From: an uncultured Actinomycetota bacterium
Lineage (GTDB): Bacteria; Actinomycetota; Actinomycetes; Mycobacteriales; Mycobacteriaceae
DNA: 64,000 bases
Assembly: GCA_963736825.1 (NCBI GenBank)
Contig: CAVTQJ010000007.1
Span: 18,196-82,195, forward strand
Direction: 5' to 3'
Position numbers and translations under genes: made by a program. The notes under the pieces are model-generated. The model was given only the letters and a program-made list of their open reading frames with translations, ran no database searches and had not been told where the DNA came from. Below are positions 1 through 12,159 of the stretch, piece by piece. Numbering within the stretch: the first letter of the stretch is position 1; each line of letters opens with the position of its first letter.

Positions 1-438
1 GACCCGACCGAAGCTCTGCTCGCGGAAGTGCGGCCAGGCGGCGCGGATCACGTTGTAGCCGCCGTACAGGTGCACCTTGAGCACGGCGTCCCAGTTCGCG
101 AACTCCATCTTGTGGAAGGTGCCGTCGCGCAGGATGCCTGCGTTGCTCACCACTCCGTCGACCTTGCCGAACTCGTCGAGCGCGGTCTTGATGATGTTCT
201 CGGCGCCTTCGGACTCGGCGACTGAGTCGTAATTCGCTACCGCGCGGCCCCCTTTGTCGCGGATCTCCTTGACGACCTCGTCGGCCATGTTGTGGCCGGC
301 GCCCGTCCCGTCGCGCGAACCGCCGAGGTCGTTGACGACGACGCCGGCACCCTCCCGGGCGAGCGTCAGCGCGTACTCGCGCCCCAGTCCGCCTCCGGCT
401 CCGGTGACGACGATGACGCGATCCTGCACTCCTGGCAC
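1..438 (-). CDS. Short-chain dehydrogenase/reductase, Rv0148-like (5' part; runs off the window edge)
   Basis: Manual translation from GTG 438: MPGVQDRVIVVTGAGGGLGREYA...NAGILRD. Has the TGxxxGxG and NAG SDR motifs and a GAGAGGA RBS. Not in the ORF track. Confidence 0.9.
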   Translation of the reverse strand, partial: MPGVQDRVIVVTGAGGGLGREYALTLAREGAGVVVNDLGGSRDGTGAGHNMADEVVKEIRDKGGRAVANYDSVAESEGAENIIKTALDEFGKVDGVVSNAGILRDGTFHKMEFANWDAVLKVHLYGGYNVIRAAWPHFREQSFGRV

Positions 439-450
439 TGGTGTTCCTCT

Positions 451-1869
451 CTAGAACAGGCGTTTGGCGAGCTTCAATGCCTTATCTGTATACGGGGGAT
501 AGATGAATGCTCCGACGTCGGGTCTGGTCGGCTTGGTCATCACGGTCTTCTTGTGGCTGAACTGCTCGAAGCCGAACTTGCCGTGATAGGCGCCCATACC
601 CGAGGGTCCGACGCCGCCGAACGGCAGCTTGTTGCTGGCGAAGTGGAACAGCAGGTGGTTGATCACCATGCCGCCGGCCGCAACCTCTTTGATGACTCGC
701 TCGCGGATGCTCTTGGTCTTGGTGAACAGGTAGGCCGCCAGCGGCTTGGGCCGCGCGTTCACGAAACCGATTGCCTCGTCGAGTGATTGAACGGTGACAA
801 TCGGAAGGATCGGACCGAAGATCTCGTCGGTCATCAACGGCTCGGCTGGATCGGGATCGACGATCACTGTGGGCTGGATGCTGATCTTCGACGCATCGGA
901 GCCGCCTCCGATCGCGATGTCGCCCTTCGTCGCCGCCAGCGCAGTGGTCAGCCGGTCGAAGTGGCGCTCGTTGACAATCCGCTTACCGCTTTGGTTTTGG
1001 CTTTCGAACGTCGTCACCGCGTCTTTGATCTTGTCCACCAGCTCATCGCGGATCTTCGCGTCGGCCAGCACATAATCCGGCGCGATGCAGATTTGACCCG
1101 AGTTGATCAGCTTGGTCCACGCGATCCGCTTGGCGGCCACCTCGATGTCGGCGTCGGCGGCCACGATCACCGGGCTCTTGCCGCCCAGCTCGAGCGTAAC
1201 CGGCGTCAGGTGCGGGGCGGCGCCTTCGTACACCTTCCGGCCGATCTCGGTGCCGCCCGTGAAGCAGATGTGGTCGAAGCCCTGCGCAATGAGCTCTTGG
1301 CTCACGGACCCGTCGCCCTCGATGACGACGACCGCGTCGCTGTCGAGGTAGCGAGGCACGAGTTCTGCCATCAGCGCCGACGATGCCGGGCAGACCTCCG
1401 AGGGCTTGAGGACGACGGTGTTGCCCGCCGCGATCGCGCCGACTGCGGGTCCCAGCGTCAGCACAAACGGGAAGTTCCAGGCCCCGATGATCAGCACGGT
1501 GCCGTACGGCTCGTATTCGACCCAGCCGCGGCCTGGCAGCTGGGACAGTTCCAGGAGGCGGTAGCGCCTGCGGGTCCATTTCTTGACGTTCTTCGCGGCG
1601 TCCTTTGCCTCGCCTACGGTGCTGGCGATATCGGCCAACCAGGCTTCGAACCGGCTGCGGCCGAGATCCTGCTCGAGCGCAGCAGCCACGGCCGCCTCGT
1701 TGTCGGTCATCATCTTCTCGAGAGCCAGCAGCTGCTGCTTGCGCCACTCGACGCTGCGGGTGCGGCCGGTGGCGAAGGTGGCGCGGAGCCGGGCGACGGT
1801 CTCGGGGATGTCAGGTGCGACCGGTGCGGGAACTGCGGGTGCGGTCTGGGGGATCGAATCGGCGGTCAT
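451..1869 (-). CDS. Aldehyde dehydrogenase (Rv0147-like)
   Basis: Motifs WNFP, FTGG, LELGGKSP, GQICIAPDY and EIFGP. Start taken at MTADS, with an AGGAAGGA RBS. Confidence 0.93.
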   Translation of the reverse strand: MTADSIPQTAPAVPAPVAPDIPETVARLRATFATGRTRSVEWRKQQLLALEKMMTDNEAAVAAALEQDLGRSRFEAWLADIASTVGEAKDAAKNVKKWTRRRYRLLELSQLPGRGWVEYEPYGTVLIIGAWNFPFVLTLGPAVGAIAAGNTVVLKPSEVCPASSALMAELVPRYLDSDAVVVIEGDGSVSQELIAQGFDHICFTGGTEIGRKVYEGAAPHLTPVTLELGGKSPVIVAADADIEVAAKRIAWTKLINSGQICIAPDYVLADAKIRDELVDKIKDAVTTFESQNQSGKRIVNERHFDRLTTALAATKGDIAIGGGSDASKISIQPTVIVDPDPAEPLMTDEIFGPILPIVTVQSLDEAIGFVNARPKPLAAYLFTKTKSIRERVIKEVAAGGMVINHLLFHFASNKLPFGGVGPSGMGAYHGKFGFEQFSHKKTVMTKPTRPDVGAFIYPPYTDKALKLAKRLF

Positions 1870-1925
1870 GATGGAGGTCCTTCCTGACCCGAGGCACGGG
1901 TTCTGACGTGCGCTCTCGATCCTAA

Positions 1926-1937
1926 CCAACCGGTTGG
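1926..1937. promoter_or_regulatory. Perfect palindrome CCAACCGGTTGG next to a minus-strand -10 (TAGGAT); putative repressor operator of the aldehyde dehydrogenase gene
   Basis: 12-bp palindrome seen directly. Its function is inferred. Confidence 0.35.
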
Positions 1938-2035
1938 GCCGCGAAGAAGTGGCCGATCAACCAGCCCGAGCGACCCCTTTTGTACCCACCATCGCGGCGT
2001 GTCGCCGTGCAGACACGGTCACTCGCGGTGCGAGG

Positions 2036-3924
<1,889 letters not shown>

Positions 3925-4014
3925 ATCGTAAGCAATGCTACCTAATAAGTTAGCTAATCTACATGCATTTGTGGCAAACGTCACCCCAGATCAGCCAGCA
4001 GATTGCCAGGAAAG

Positions 4015-4650
4015 CTACTCGGCCAGCTTCCAGAGTTTGTTGGCCAACAGCAGTTCGAGTTTGTCGACGATCGACTCCAGCTCCTTGTGCGAGCCGACAT
4101 ATCCCGCGTAGAAGCCCATGCCCCACATCACCGCGACGAGCATCTCGACGAGTTGCGGGACGTCGGTGTCGGTGGTCAATTCGCCCTTCTCGATCGCTTC
4201 GTTGACCGCCCACGACACGAAGGCCCTCGAGTTGCGCATCGAGTCGTGTTCCTCGCTGCGAAGCTCGGGATGCCGTTGTCCCTCCAGCACGGAGGTCACC
4301 AGAAACGCTGCGGCCGAACGATCCTCGCTCTCAGCCTGCATCGCCGCGGAGAAGAAGGCCGACAGCCTGCCCAGCAGACTCGTCTGACCCTGGGCCTTCG
4401 CCATGCCCGCGCTCATCACGAGTGCGTTGGTCTGCTCCACTACTTCCCGGTACAGCAACCGTTTGCTCGCGAAATAGTGGTTGATCGCCGGACGGGTGAG
4501 GTCGGCGCGGATGGCGATCGCCTGGAACGTGGCAGCGTCGTAACCGAGTTCGCTGAACACTTCGCGAGCTGCACGCAATATGCGCTCACGCGTTTCGGCA
4601 GCCTTCGCTGCTGGTGGACGACCCGGCCCCCTGCTTGCCGTATGCGGCAT
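4015..4650 (-). CDS. TetR-family regulator (Rv0144-like)
   Basis: N-terminal TetR HTH (RILRAAREVF...LTRPAINHYFASK) and conserved gene order. Confidence 0.9.
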   Translation of the reverse strand: MPHTASRGPGRPPAAKAAETRERILRAAREVFSELGYDAATFQAIAIRADLTRPAINHYFASKRLLYREVVEQTNALVMSAGMAKAQGQTSLLGRLSAFFSAAMQAESEDRSAAAFLVTSVLEGQRHPELRSEEHDSMRNSRAFVSWAVNEAIEKGELTTDTDVPQLVEMLVAVMWGMGFYAGYVGSHKELESIVDKLELLLANKLWKLAE

Positions 4651-4821
4651 GGTCAATATCTTGCCACACGTCAGAACGGGGCTCTGCAGAACACCCGATT
4701 TGAATGACGGTTCAGCAAACGCCGCGCAGAATAGCCCCTTTTTGCGTGCGTTGGCGAGGATCTGCGCAGTAGATGCGCGACCCGGCTCCGGAATCCACCG
4801 CAGAGGCTAGGGTTCCCTCCC

Positions 4822-5382
4822 ATGGCGGGCGTCGTTTCACGCGAGGCTTACTTCCAGACCGGCCTCGATGTGCTGTCCGACCTCGGCTACGGCGGCCTGA
4901 AACTGGCCGAGGTCTGCAACCGCCTCGGCGTCACGACCGGGTCCTTCTACCACTACTTCTCCGGCTGGCCGGCCTACACCCGCGAGCTCGTCGAGAACTG
5001 GATGAAAGAGCGGACCGTCCTGGTGATCGACGTCCTGCGACGCGAACCCGACCCGCGGCGCCGGATCGACAGCCTGGTCGCGGTGGGCCTGGAACTACCG
5101 CACGGCGCAGAGGCCGCGATCCGGGCGTGGGGCTCGATCGACCCGGACGTCTACGACATCCAGGTGCAGGTGGACCAGCAGCGGTTCGACGTGATGTATT
5201 CGGCGGCCCTGGAGATCCTGCAGGACACCCAGCAGGCGCAGATGTTCGCGCGGTGGGCCGTCTACCTTCTGGTCGGCTACGAGCAGGCCACCCTCCCGCG
5301 GGATCCTTCCGCGCTGGCGTGGATCGCCAAGCAGCTCACCGACGCACTCGACAATGGTCGATTCGCGTCCGTCCCCCGTTGA
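4822..5382 (+). CDS. TetR-family regulator, probably leaderless
   Basis: HTH LKLAEVCNRLGVTTGSFYHYF. TAGGGT -10 sits about 8 nt before the ATG. Confidence 0.88.
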   Translation: MAGVVSREAYFQTGLDVLSDLGYGGLKLAEVCNRLGVTTGSFYHYFSGWPAYTRELVENWMKERTVLVIDVLRREPDPRRRIDSLVAVGLELPHGAEAAIRAWGSIDPDVYDIQVQVDQQRFDVMYSAALEILQDTQQAQMFARWAVYLLVGYEQATLPRDPSALAWIAKQLTDALDNGRFASVPR

Positions 5383-7548
5383 TGGCCGGCGCGCCGTCCG
5401 GCGTCGTCGGCTGGGCGGTCGGGCGGCTACATGCGCGCGATCCCGAGTTCGACGCTCTGCGGCGAGCGGTGCGCGCTGCGGTGGTGGTCCCCGCGGCGGC
5501 CGCGGTGAGCTTCGCCGTAGCCGGAAACACGCAGACCCCGCTGTTCACGATCTTCGGGTCGTTCGCACTGATGGTGCTGGCGAACTTCCCCGGCAATCGG
5601 CAGACCCGCGCCGTGGCGTACGCGGGCCTCGCGCTCAACGGTGCCGTGCTCATCACGCTCGGCACGCTGGTGGCACCGTATGCGTGGCTGTCGGTCGCGT
5701 TGATGTTCCTGCTCGGCGTCGCGGTGACGTTCTCCGGTGTCCTCAGCGAGACGATCGCCGCGGGCCAGCGCCCGACATTGCTGACCTTCGTGCTGCCCGC
5801 GTGCACCCCGCCGGGCCCGGTCGACGAGCGGCTGCTGGGTTGGGCGATCGCGCTCGCGGTCTGTGTGCCGGCCTCGCTGTTCTTCCTGCCGCCGCGCCAC
5901 TACGGCGAGCTGCGCAAGCATGCGGCCAATGCCGTTGCGGCGCTGGCGGACCGCCTCGAGGGAAAGGCCAGCCGCGCCGAGGTGGTCGACACGATGCTGG
6001 CACTGCGGGAGAACTTCCTCGGCGCCGACTTCCGTCCGGTCGGGCTGTCGGCGGGCAGCCGGGCACTCGTGCGAGTCGTCGAGGATCTGGAATGGCTGGC
6101 CGACCGGGTGAGCGACGAAGCCGGCCCCGGCATGCGCGACATGCAGGCCCCCGGCGTCCGGGTGTTGCGGTGCTCGGCGGGTGTCCTTCGACAGACCCGG
6201 GTCGGCGACCGTAGCCGCCTCGCGCGCAGACCTGGAGGCCGCGCTGATCCATCTCCGGTCGGTGGCCCGCGGGCGCTATCGCAACGACGTCGAGGCGATC
6301 CTCGGCGCGCACGACGACGCGACTGCCGTCGTGCTGGGCACTGAACTGCTGACCCGCCGGACCATCGCAGCGACGATCGGGGCGACCGGCCGGGTGATCG
6401 CGGCGGCCGCCGCTGCCGATGCGCGCCCGGTGTGGGCGAGGGCGCTCGGGTTGCGACTGCCTCCGACGACCGCCACCGATCGGCTGATTCCGGAGACTGC
6501 GGCCGTGACGTCGACGACGTCGCGCTTCCTCGGCGGTCGGTCGGTCGCGGTGCGCAACGCGTTGCGCACCGGTCTCGGGCTCGCGGCGGCGGTGGCCGTC
6601 ACCCACCTGTTTCCCGTCGAGCATGGTTTCTGGGTGGTGCTGGGCGCGTTGTCGGTGCTGCGCAGCAGCGCGCTGACCACCGGGACGAAGATGGTGCGCG
6701 CGGTGCTGGGCACCGGCATCGGGTTCGCCCTCGGCGCCGCGCTGATCAGCGTCGTGGGCGTGGACCCCGCGGTGCTGTGGATCCTGATGCCGGTGGTGGT
6801 GTTCGGCTCGGCCTTCGTGCCCGAGGTCGCGTCGTTCACCGCGGGGCAGGCCGCGTTCACGATGATGGTGCTGATCTTCTTCAACCTGATCGTCCCCACC
6901 GGATGGAGCGTCGGTCTGATCCGGGTCGAGGACGTCGTCGTCGGCGCACTGGTCGGGGTGATGGTGTCGCTGCTGTTGTGGCCGCGCGGGGCCACCGCAT
7001 CGGCGGAGGCGGCGGTCGGGTCGGCGCGCGCCGTGTTCGCCGGCTACCTCGAGGCCGCGGTGCAGCGGATCACCCGCGGCGACTTCGAGCACACGGCCGA
7101 CCGGCTGGCGACGCTGAGTCACGATGCGATCGCGGCGTCTCGCGTCGCCGATGACGCTGTGCGGCAATACCTTTCCGAGGGCGGCGGGTCGACCGACTTC
7201 CGCGGGCCCCTGGTGCGGGCCTTCAACCGGGCCATCCGCGTGCGCGCGGCCGCCGACCTGATCATGGACATCCCCACGCCGCCGCCGCTGGGCACCTACC
7301 CCAGGGTTCGCGAGGTCATCGAGTCACACGTCGACGCGATCGGCGATCGGCTGGCGGGCGAACTCGGCACCGGCCGGGACTGGGCGCCGATCGGTGGCGA
7401 GTTCGTGCTGGCGCTACGGGCGGAGGCGCATGCAGGGCTGGAGATGGCCGTGTCGGCCGCCATGCCGCTGGTGACGGTGGCGGCCGCGATCGGCGAACTC
7501 GAACTGGTGTATCCGCATCCGGTGCAGGTCGCCGCCTCCAACCGGTGA
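5382..7548 (+). pseudogene. FUSC-family membrane transporter, interrupted by a +1 frameshift at about 6213 (or a sequencing error)
   Basis: The N-terminal TM half lies in the frame of ORF 4773-6344 from ATG 5382. The C-terminal FUSC half (HGFWVVLGALSVLR) lies in ORF 6181-7548. Removing A6213 joins them (GAC CGT [A] GCC GCC TCG). Confidence 0.85.
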
Positions 7549-7549
7549 G

Positions 7550-8521
7550 TCAGCGAACCCGGTGCGGCATCAGGGCGTTCGGTGGGATGGTGCCGAACTT
7601 GCCTGCGTTGTAGTCCTCGAGCGCCGCGACGAGTTCGGCCTTGGAGTTCATCACGAACGGACCGTAGGCGACGACGGGCTCGCGGATCGGCCTGCCACCG
7701 AGGATCAGCACTTCCATTGCGGGCCTGCGTGACTCCTGCCTCGGCGCGGCGGTCACGGCGATGCGGTCGCCGGGGCCGAACACCGCGAGTTGGCCCTCGT
7801 GAATCGGATGCCCGACGGGGCCGACGGTGCCGCGGCCGGAGAGCACGTACACCAGCGCGTTGAAGTCGCGGTTCCACGGCAGGCTCAGGCGGGCACCGGG
7901 CTCAATGGTGCTGTGCGCCAGAGTAATCGGCGTGTGCGTCGAACCGGGGCCGTCCTGGCCGTCGATGCCACCGGCGATCACGCGGACCAGCGCGCCGCCG
8001 TCCTGCGAGGACAGCAGCTTGACCTGATTGCCCTCGATGGCTTGGTATTTCGGCGTCGCGAACTTGTCCTTGCCGGGCAGATTCACCCACAGCTGGATGC
8101 CGTGGAACATGCCGCCGCTCTCGACGAGCTCGGTAGGTGGCGTCTCGATGTGCAGGATGCCCGAGCCGGCGGTCATCCACTGCGTGGCGCCGTCGGTGAT
8201 CAGGCCGCCGCCGCCGTGGCTGTCCTGGTGGGCGAACCGCCCGTCGATCATGTAGGTCACGGTTTCGAAGCCGCGGTGCGGGTGCCAGTCCGTGCCCCTC
8301 GGTTCGCCGGGCTCATATTCCACCTCGCCCATCTGATCCATGTGCACGAACGGGTCGAGGTCGGCGGCGCTCACGCCGGCGAAGGCGCGCACGACGGGAA
8401 AGCCTTCCCCTTCGAAGCCGCGCGGTCCGGTGGTGATGGAGCGGACCGGCCGCTCGGTGTCGGATGCCGCGGGCGCTGAGAGCCTCGGCAAGGTCAATGT
8501 GTCAGCAGTGATAGCAGGCAT
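7550..8521 (-). CDS. Pirin-family protein
   Basis: Motifs DPFVHMD, WHPHRGFETVTY, QWMTAGSGILHIE and GPFVMN. Confidence 0.95.
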   Translation of the reverse strand: MPAITADTLTLPRLSAPAASDTERPVRSITTGPRGFEGEGFPVVRAFAGVSAADLDPFVHMDQMGEVEYEPGEPRGTDWHPHRGFETVTYMIDGRFAHQDSHGGGGLITDGATQWMTAGSGILHIETPPTELVESGGMFHGIQLWVNLPGKDKFATPKYQAIEGNQVKLLSSQDGGALVRVIAGGIDGQDGPGSTHTPITLAHSTIEPGARLSLPWNRDFNALVYVLSGRGTVGPVGHPIHEGQLAVFGPGDRIAVTAAPRQESRRPAMEVLILGGRPIREPVVAYGPFVMNSKAELVAALEDYNAGKFGTIPPNALMPHRVR

Positions 8522-8530
8522 GCCGTAGAC

Positions 8531-8550
8531 AACCGGACTGCGGTCCGATT
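8531..8550. promoter_or_regulatory. Imperfect palindrome AACCGGACTGCGGTCCGATT upstream of pirin; putative operator
   Basis: CGGAC-N4-GTCCG inverted repeat 10 nt from the start codon. Confidence 0.35.
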
Positions 8551-8557
8551 AATTCCG

Positions 8558-10286
8558 TCACCTCGTGAGGACTGCGAACGCTGCTGCCCTGGCATCGGCC
8601 GCGCTGCCGGTGGCCAGCACGGCGTCCGCGGCGTCGCGGCACTGCTGCAGTGACACGTGCGACAGCTTGGCGCCGACGCCGTTGACCGCAGCCGCCGCCG
8701 CGGAGAGCGACGACACCCCGAGGCCGGTCAGCACACACGCCAGCAGGGGGTCGGCGGCAGCCTCCCCGCACACGCCGACCGGCTTGCCGACGGCGGCGCC
8801 GGCCCGCACCGCCATCGCGACCAGCATCAGCACCGCCGGCTGCCACGGATCGGTCAGGGTGGCCAGGTCGGCCGACATGCGGTCGGCGGCCATCGTGTAC
8901 TGCGCCAGGTCGTTGGTGCCGATCGACAGGAAATCGACGTGGTCGAGAATCCGGTGGGCCAGCAGCGCCGCCGAGGGCACCTCGATCATCACCCCGGGGG
9001 TGAGGCCGCGGAGGCGCACCTGCGCGGCGAAGCGTTCGGCTTCCTCGGCGGTGGCGATCATCGGCGCCATCACCCACGGCGCGTTACCGGTGGCTTCGGC
9101 GGCTGCGGCAATCGCGTCGAGTTGGCGCTCCAGCAGCCCTGGGTTGCCCTCGGCGATCCGGATGCCCCGCACTCCGAGCGCCGGGTTCGCCTCCTGCGGG
9201 TGTCCGGCGAACTTCAGCGGCTTGTCGGAGCCTGCGTCGAGCGTCCTGATCACGACCTTGTGTCCGGAGAACGCGTCGAGCACTTCGCCGTAGATCTGGG
9301 CCTGCTCGTCGACGCTGGGCTCGGAGTCACGGTTGAGGAAGCACAGCTCGGTGCGGAACAACCCCACACCCTCGGCCGGAGTCTCGCGCGCGCTGCGGGC
9401 CGCCGCGCCGTCCTGTACGTTCGCCAGGATCACGACGGCGTGCCCGTCGGATGTCGCACCGGGACCGGCCCACTGCGCAGCCAGCTCGGCCTCGCGGCGC
9501 GCCGAAGCCACCGCCTGGGTCGCCGCGGTCGGGTCGGGTGACACCGTGACGGTGCCGAGGGTGCCGTCGACGAGCACCATCGCACCGGCCTCCACCGTGT
9601 CAAGGCCGTCGACCGCCACCACGCACGGCAGTCCGAGCTGTCGGGCGATGATCGCGGTGTGGCTGGTCGGCCCGCCGAGGGCGGTGGCCAGCGCGACCAC
9701 GAGAGCCGGGTCGAGGCCTGCGGTATCGGCCGGAGCAAGGTCGTCGGCCAGCAGCACCGACGGCACGTCGGGCAGCGGGACGCCCGGCTCGGGCAGGCCG
9801 CTCAGCTCGGCGACCACCCGGTCGCGGATGTCGCGCAGATCGGTGACGCGCTCGGCCATCAGACCGCCGAGCGCAGTGAACAGGTCCACGAACTGGTCGA
9901 CTGCGCCGACGACGGCCCGCGCAGCGGGAGTCCCGCCTGCGATGAGTCTTCTCGGCGGCGCCCAGCCAGGCCCGGTCCTGGGCCAGCGTGGCCGTCGCGG
10001 CCAGTACCTCCGACGCCGCGCCGGTGGCGTGGGCCGCCCGGTCGCGCAGCCGTGACGCCACCGCGGCGGCAGCGGCGGTGAAGCGGGCGGCCTCGGCCGG
10101 ACGGTCCGCTTCGGCAACCTCGGGCGCATCGTCGACGGCGTCGAGGACGGGGAGGCGGCCGGGGCGGATCACGGGGCCGTACTGAATCCCTGCGACCACC
10201 GGAACACCCTGCAGAACAGCGCCGGCGGACGGCCCGGCGGTCCCGGCATCGGAGGGAAGTGATGTGAGCGGAGACGAGGCGGTCAT
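8558..10286 (-). pseudogene. ptsI: PTS enzyme I, with a +1 frameshift at about 9947 (or a sequencing error)
   Basis: Motifs TSHTAIIAR (phospho-His), GVGLFRTE, SIGTNDL and GVCGE. The N-terminus MTASS...AAEK is in a different frame; removing T9947 restores AEK-LIAGG. Confidence 0.9.
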
Positions 10287-10389
10287 GTGAAGCAGATTAC
10301 AAACCCACCGTTGACAAGTCAACATAAGCAAGAGTAAAACAACAGATACCAACATAAATATCGGCCAGAAACCACATAAACGGAGCACC
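10287..10389. promoter_or_regulatory. Divergent ptsI/fruR promoter region; leaderless ptsI promoter
   Basis: Minus strand: TTGACT (10322-10317), 17 nt, TAATCT (10299-10294), 7 nt, ATG. Palindrome GTTGAC-AA-GTCAAC contains a plus-strand TTGACA. AT-rich repeats CAACATAA/CCACATAA are candidate FruR sites. Confidence 0.7.
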
Positions 10390-11157
10390 ATGTATGCCGA
10401 AGAGCGTCAGCAGGCCATCGCCTCGCTGGTGATCAGCAAGGGTCGCGCCTCGGTGGCGGACCTGGCCGAGACCTACGACGTCACCACCGAGACCGTCCGC
10501 CGCGACCTGGCGGTCCTGGACCGCGCCGGGCTGGTGCGACGGGTGCACGGCGGCGCCGTTCCAGTGCGCGCGCTGCGGCTCGTCGAGCCCGGCGTCGGCG
10601 AGCGTGAGAACACCCGTGCCCGCCACAAGGATGCGATCGCTGCGGCGGCGGCCGAGTTCTTCCCGCTGAGCGGGGCCAGCATGCTGCTCGACGCGGGCAC
10701 CACCACCAGCCGCATCGCGGCTGCGCTGCCGTCGGACCGCGAGCTCAATGTCGTGACGAACTCGGTGCCCATCGCGGCGAGGTTGGCAGGCATGCCGTCG
10801 ATCTCGCTGCAGCTGCTCGGGGGACGCGTGCGTGGCCTGACCCAGGCCGCGGTCGGCGAGCAGGTGCTGCGGGTGTTGGACACGATGCGCGTCGACATCG
10901 CCTTCATCGGGACGAACGGCATCAGCGTGCGGCACGGACTGTCCACCCCGGACAGCGAAGAGGCTGCCGTCAAGCGGGCGATGATCGCCAGCGCCAACTA
11001 CGTCGTGGTCGCGGCTGACTCGACGAAGGTCGGCCACGAGGACTTCGTCAGCTTCGCCCCGTTGTCGAAAGTCGACGTGCTGATCACCGACTCCGAGCTC
11101 AGCGGCGCCTACCGCGAACAGCTGACCGAGCAGGGCATCGAAGTGGTCATCGCATGA
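10390..11157 (+). CDS. fruR: DeoR-family regulator of the fructose operon
   Basis: VTTETVRRDL HTH, LDAGTT motif, and position in the operon. Confidence 0.93.
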   Translation: MYAEERQQAIASLVISKGRASVADLAETYDVTTETVRRDLAVLDRAGLVRRVHGGAVPVRALRLVEPGVGERENTRARHKDAIAAAAAEFFPLSGASMLLDAGTTTSRIAAALPSDRELNVVTNSVPIAARLAGMPSISLQLLGGRVRGLTQAAVGEQVLRVLDTMRVDIAFIGTNGISVRHGLSTPDSEEAAVKRAMIASANYVVVAADSTKVGHEDFVSFAPLSKVDVLITDSELSGAYREQLTEQGIEVVIA

Positions 11158-12137
11158 TCGTCACCGTCACACCGAACCCGAGCCTCGACCGCACCGTCAC
11201 CCTCGCGACTCCGCTCACCCGAGGCGCCGTGCACCGGGTCAGCTCGGCCACCACCGAGCCCGGCGGCAAGGGCGTCAACGTGGCGCGTGCGCTGTGTCTG
11301 GCCGGCGTCGACGCGGTCGCGCTGCTTCCCGCCTCGGGAACCGATCCGATGGTGACCGCACTGCAGGACTGCGCGGTGGCGTTTCGCTGCGTGCCGATCA
11401 CCGCGCCGGTGCGGACCAACATCGCGATCACCGAAATGGACGGCACCACAACGAAGATCAACGAGCCCGGTGCCCTGCTGGACGCCGCGGCCGTCGACGC
11501 ACTCGCCCGTTCCGTTGTCGGCAGCGCCGAGCACGCGTCGTGGGTGGTGCTGTCGGGCTCGCTGCCCCCGGGCCTGCCCGACACCTGGTACGCCGACGTC
11601 GTCGCGATGCTCGCTCCGTACCGATGCCAGGTCGCCGTCGACACCTCCGACCGTCCGCTTGCGGCTCTGGTGGACGGATTCGACACGGCCGCACCCGATC
11701 TCATGAAGCCCAACGCCGAAGAGCTCGCAGGCGTCATCGGCTTCTCCCCGCAGGCGCTGGAGGCGGCGGTCGCGCACGGCGACCCCGAACCCGTGGTGTC
11801 GGCGGCGCAGCGACTCGTCGACCGCGGCGTCGGCGCGGTGCTCGCAACGCTCGGCGCGGCGGGCGCAGTACTGGTCAGCGACGCAGGCGCCTGGCTGGCC
11901 ACGCCGCCGCCGATCGTTCCGCGCAGCACCGTCGGTGCGGGCGACTCCAGCCTCGCCGGCTACCTGCGCGCCGCCGTCGCAGGCGCCGAGCCGCCGCAGC
12001 GGCTGCAGATGGCCGTCGCCTACGGCAGCGCAGCGGCCGCACTCCCCGGCTCCGCGTTGCCCACCCCAGCCGAGATTCGGCTCGATGCCGTTGCGGTGAC
12101 GTCGATCTCGCCCGCCGCCGACCCCGCCAGCCCGTAG
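11154..12137 (+). CDS. fruK: 1-phosphofructokinase
   Basis: Motifs TVTPNPSLD, GGKGVNVA, KPNAEE and STVGAGDS. Confidence 0.95.
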   Translation: MIVTVTPNPSLDRTVTLATPLTRGAVHRVSSATTEPGGKGVNVARALCLAGVDAVALLPASGTDPMVTALQDCAVAFRCVPITAPVRTNIAITEMDGTTTKINEPGALLDAAAVDALARSVVGSAEHASWVVLSGSLPPGLPDTWYADVVAMLAPYRCQVAVDTSDRPLAALVDGFDTAAPDLMKPNAEELAGVIGFSPQALEAAVAHGDPEPVVSAAQRLVDRGVGAVLATLGAAGAVLVSDAGAWLATPPPIVPRSTVGAGDSSLAGYLRAAVAGAEPPQRLQMAVAYGSAAAALPGSALPTPAEIRLDAVAVTSISPAADPASP

Positions 12138-12159
12138 CCAACCAACCGAAGGTACCGCC

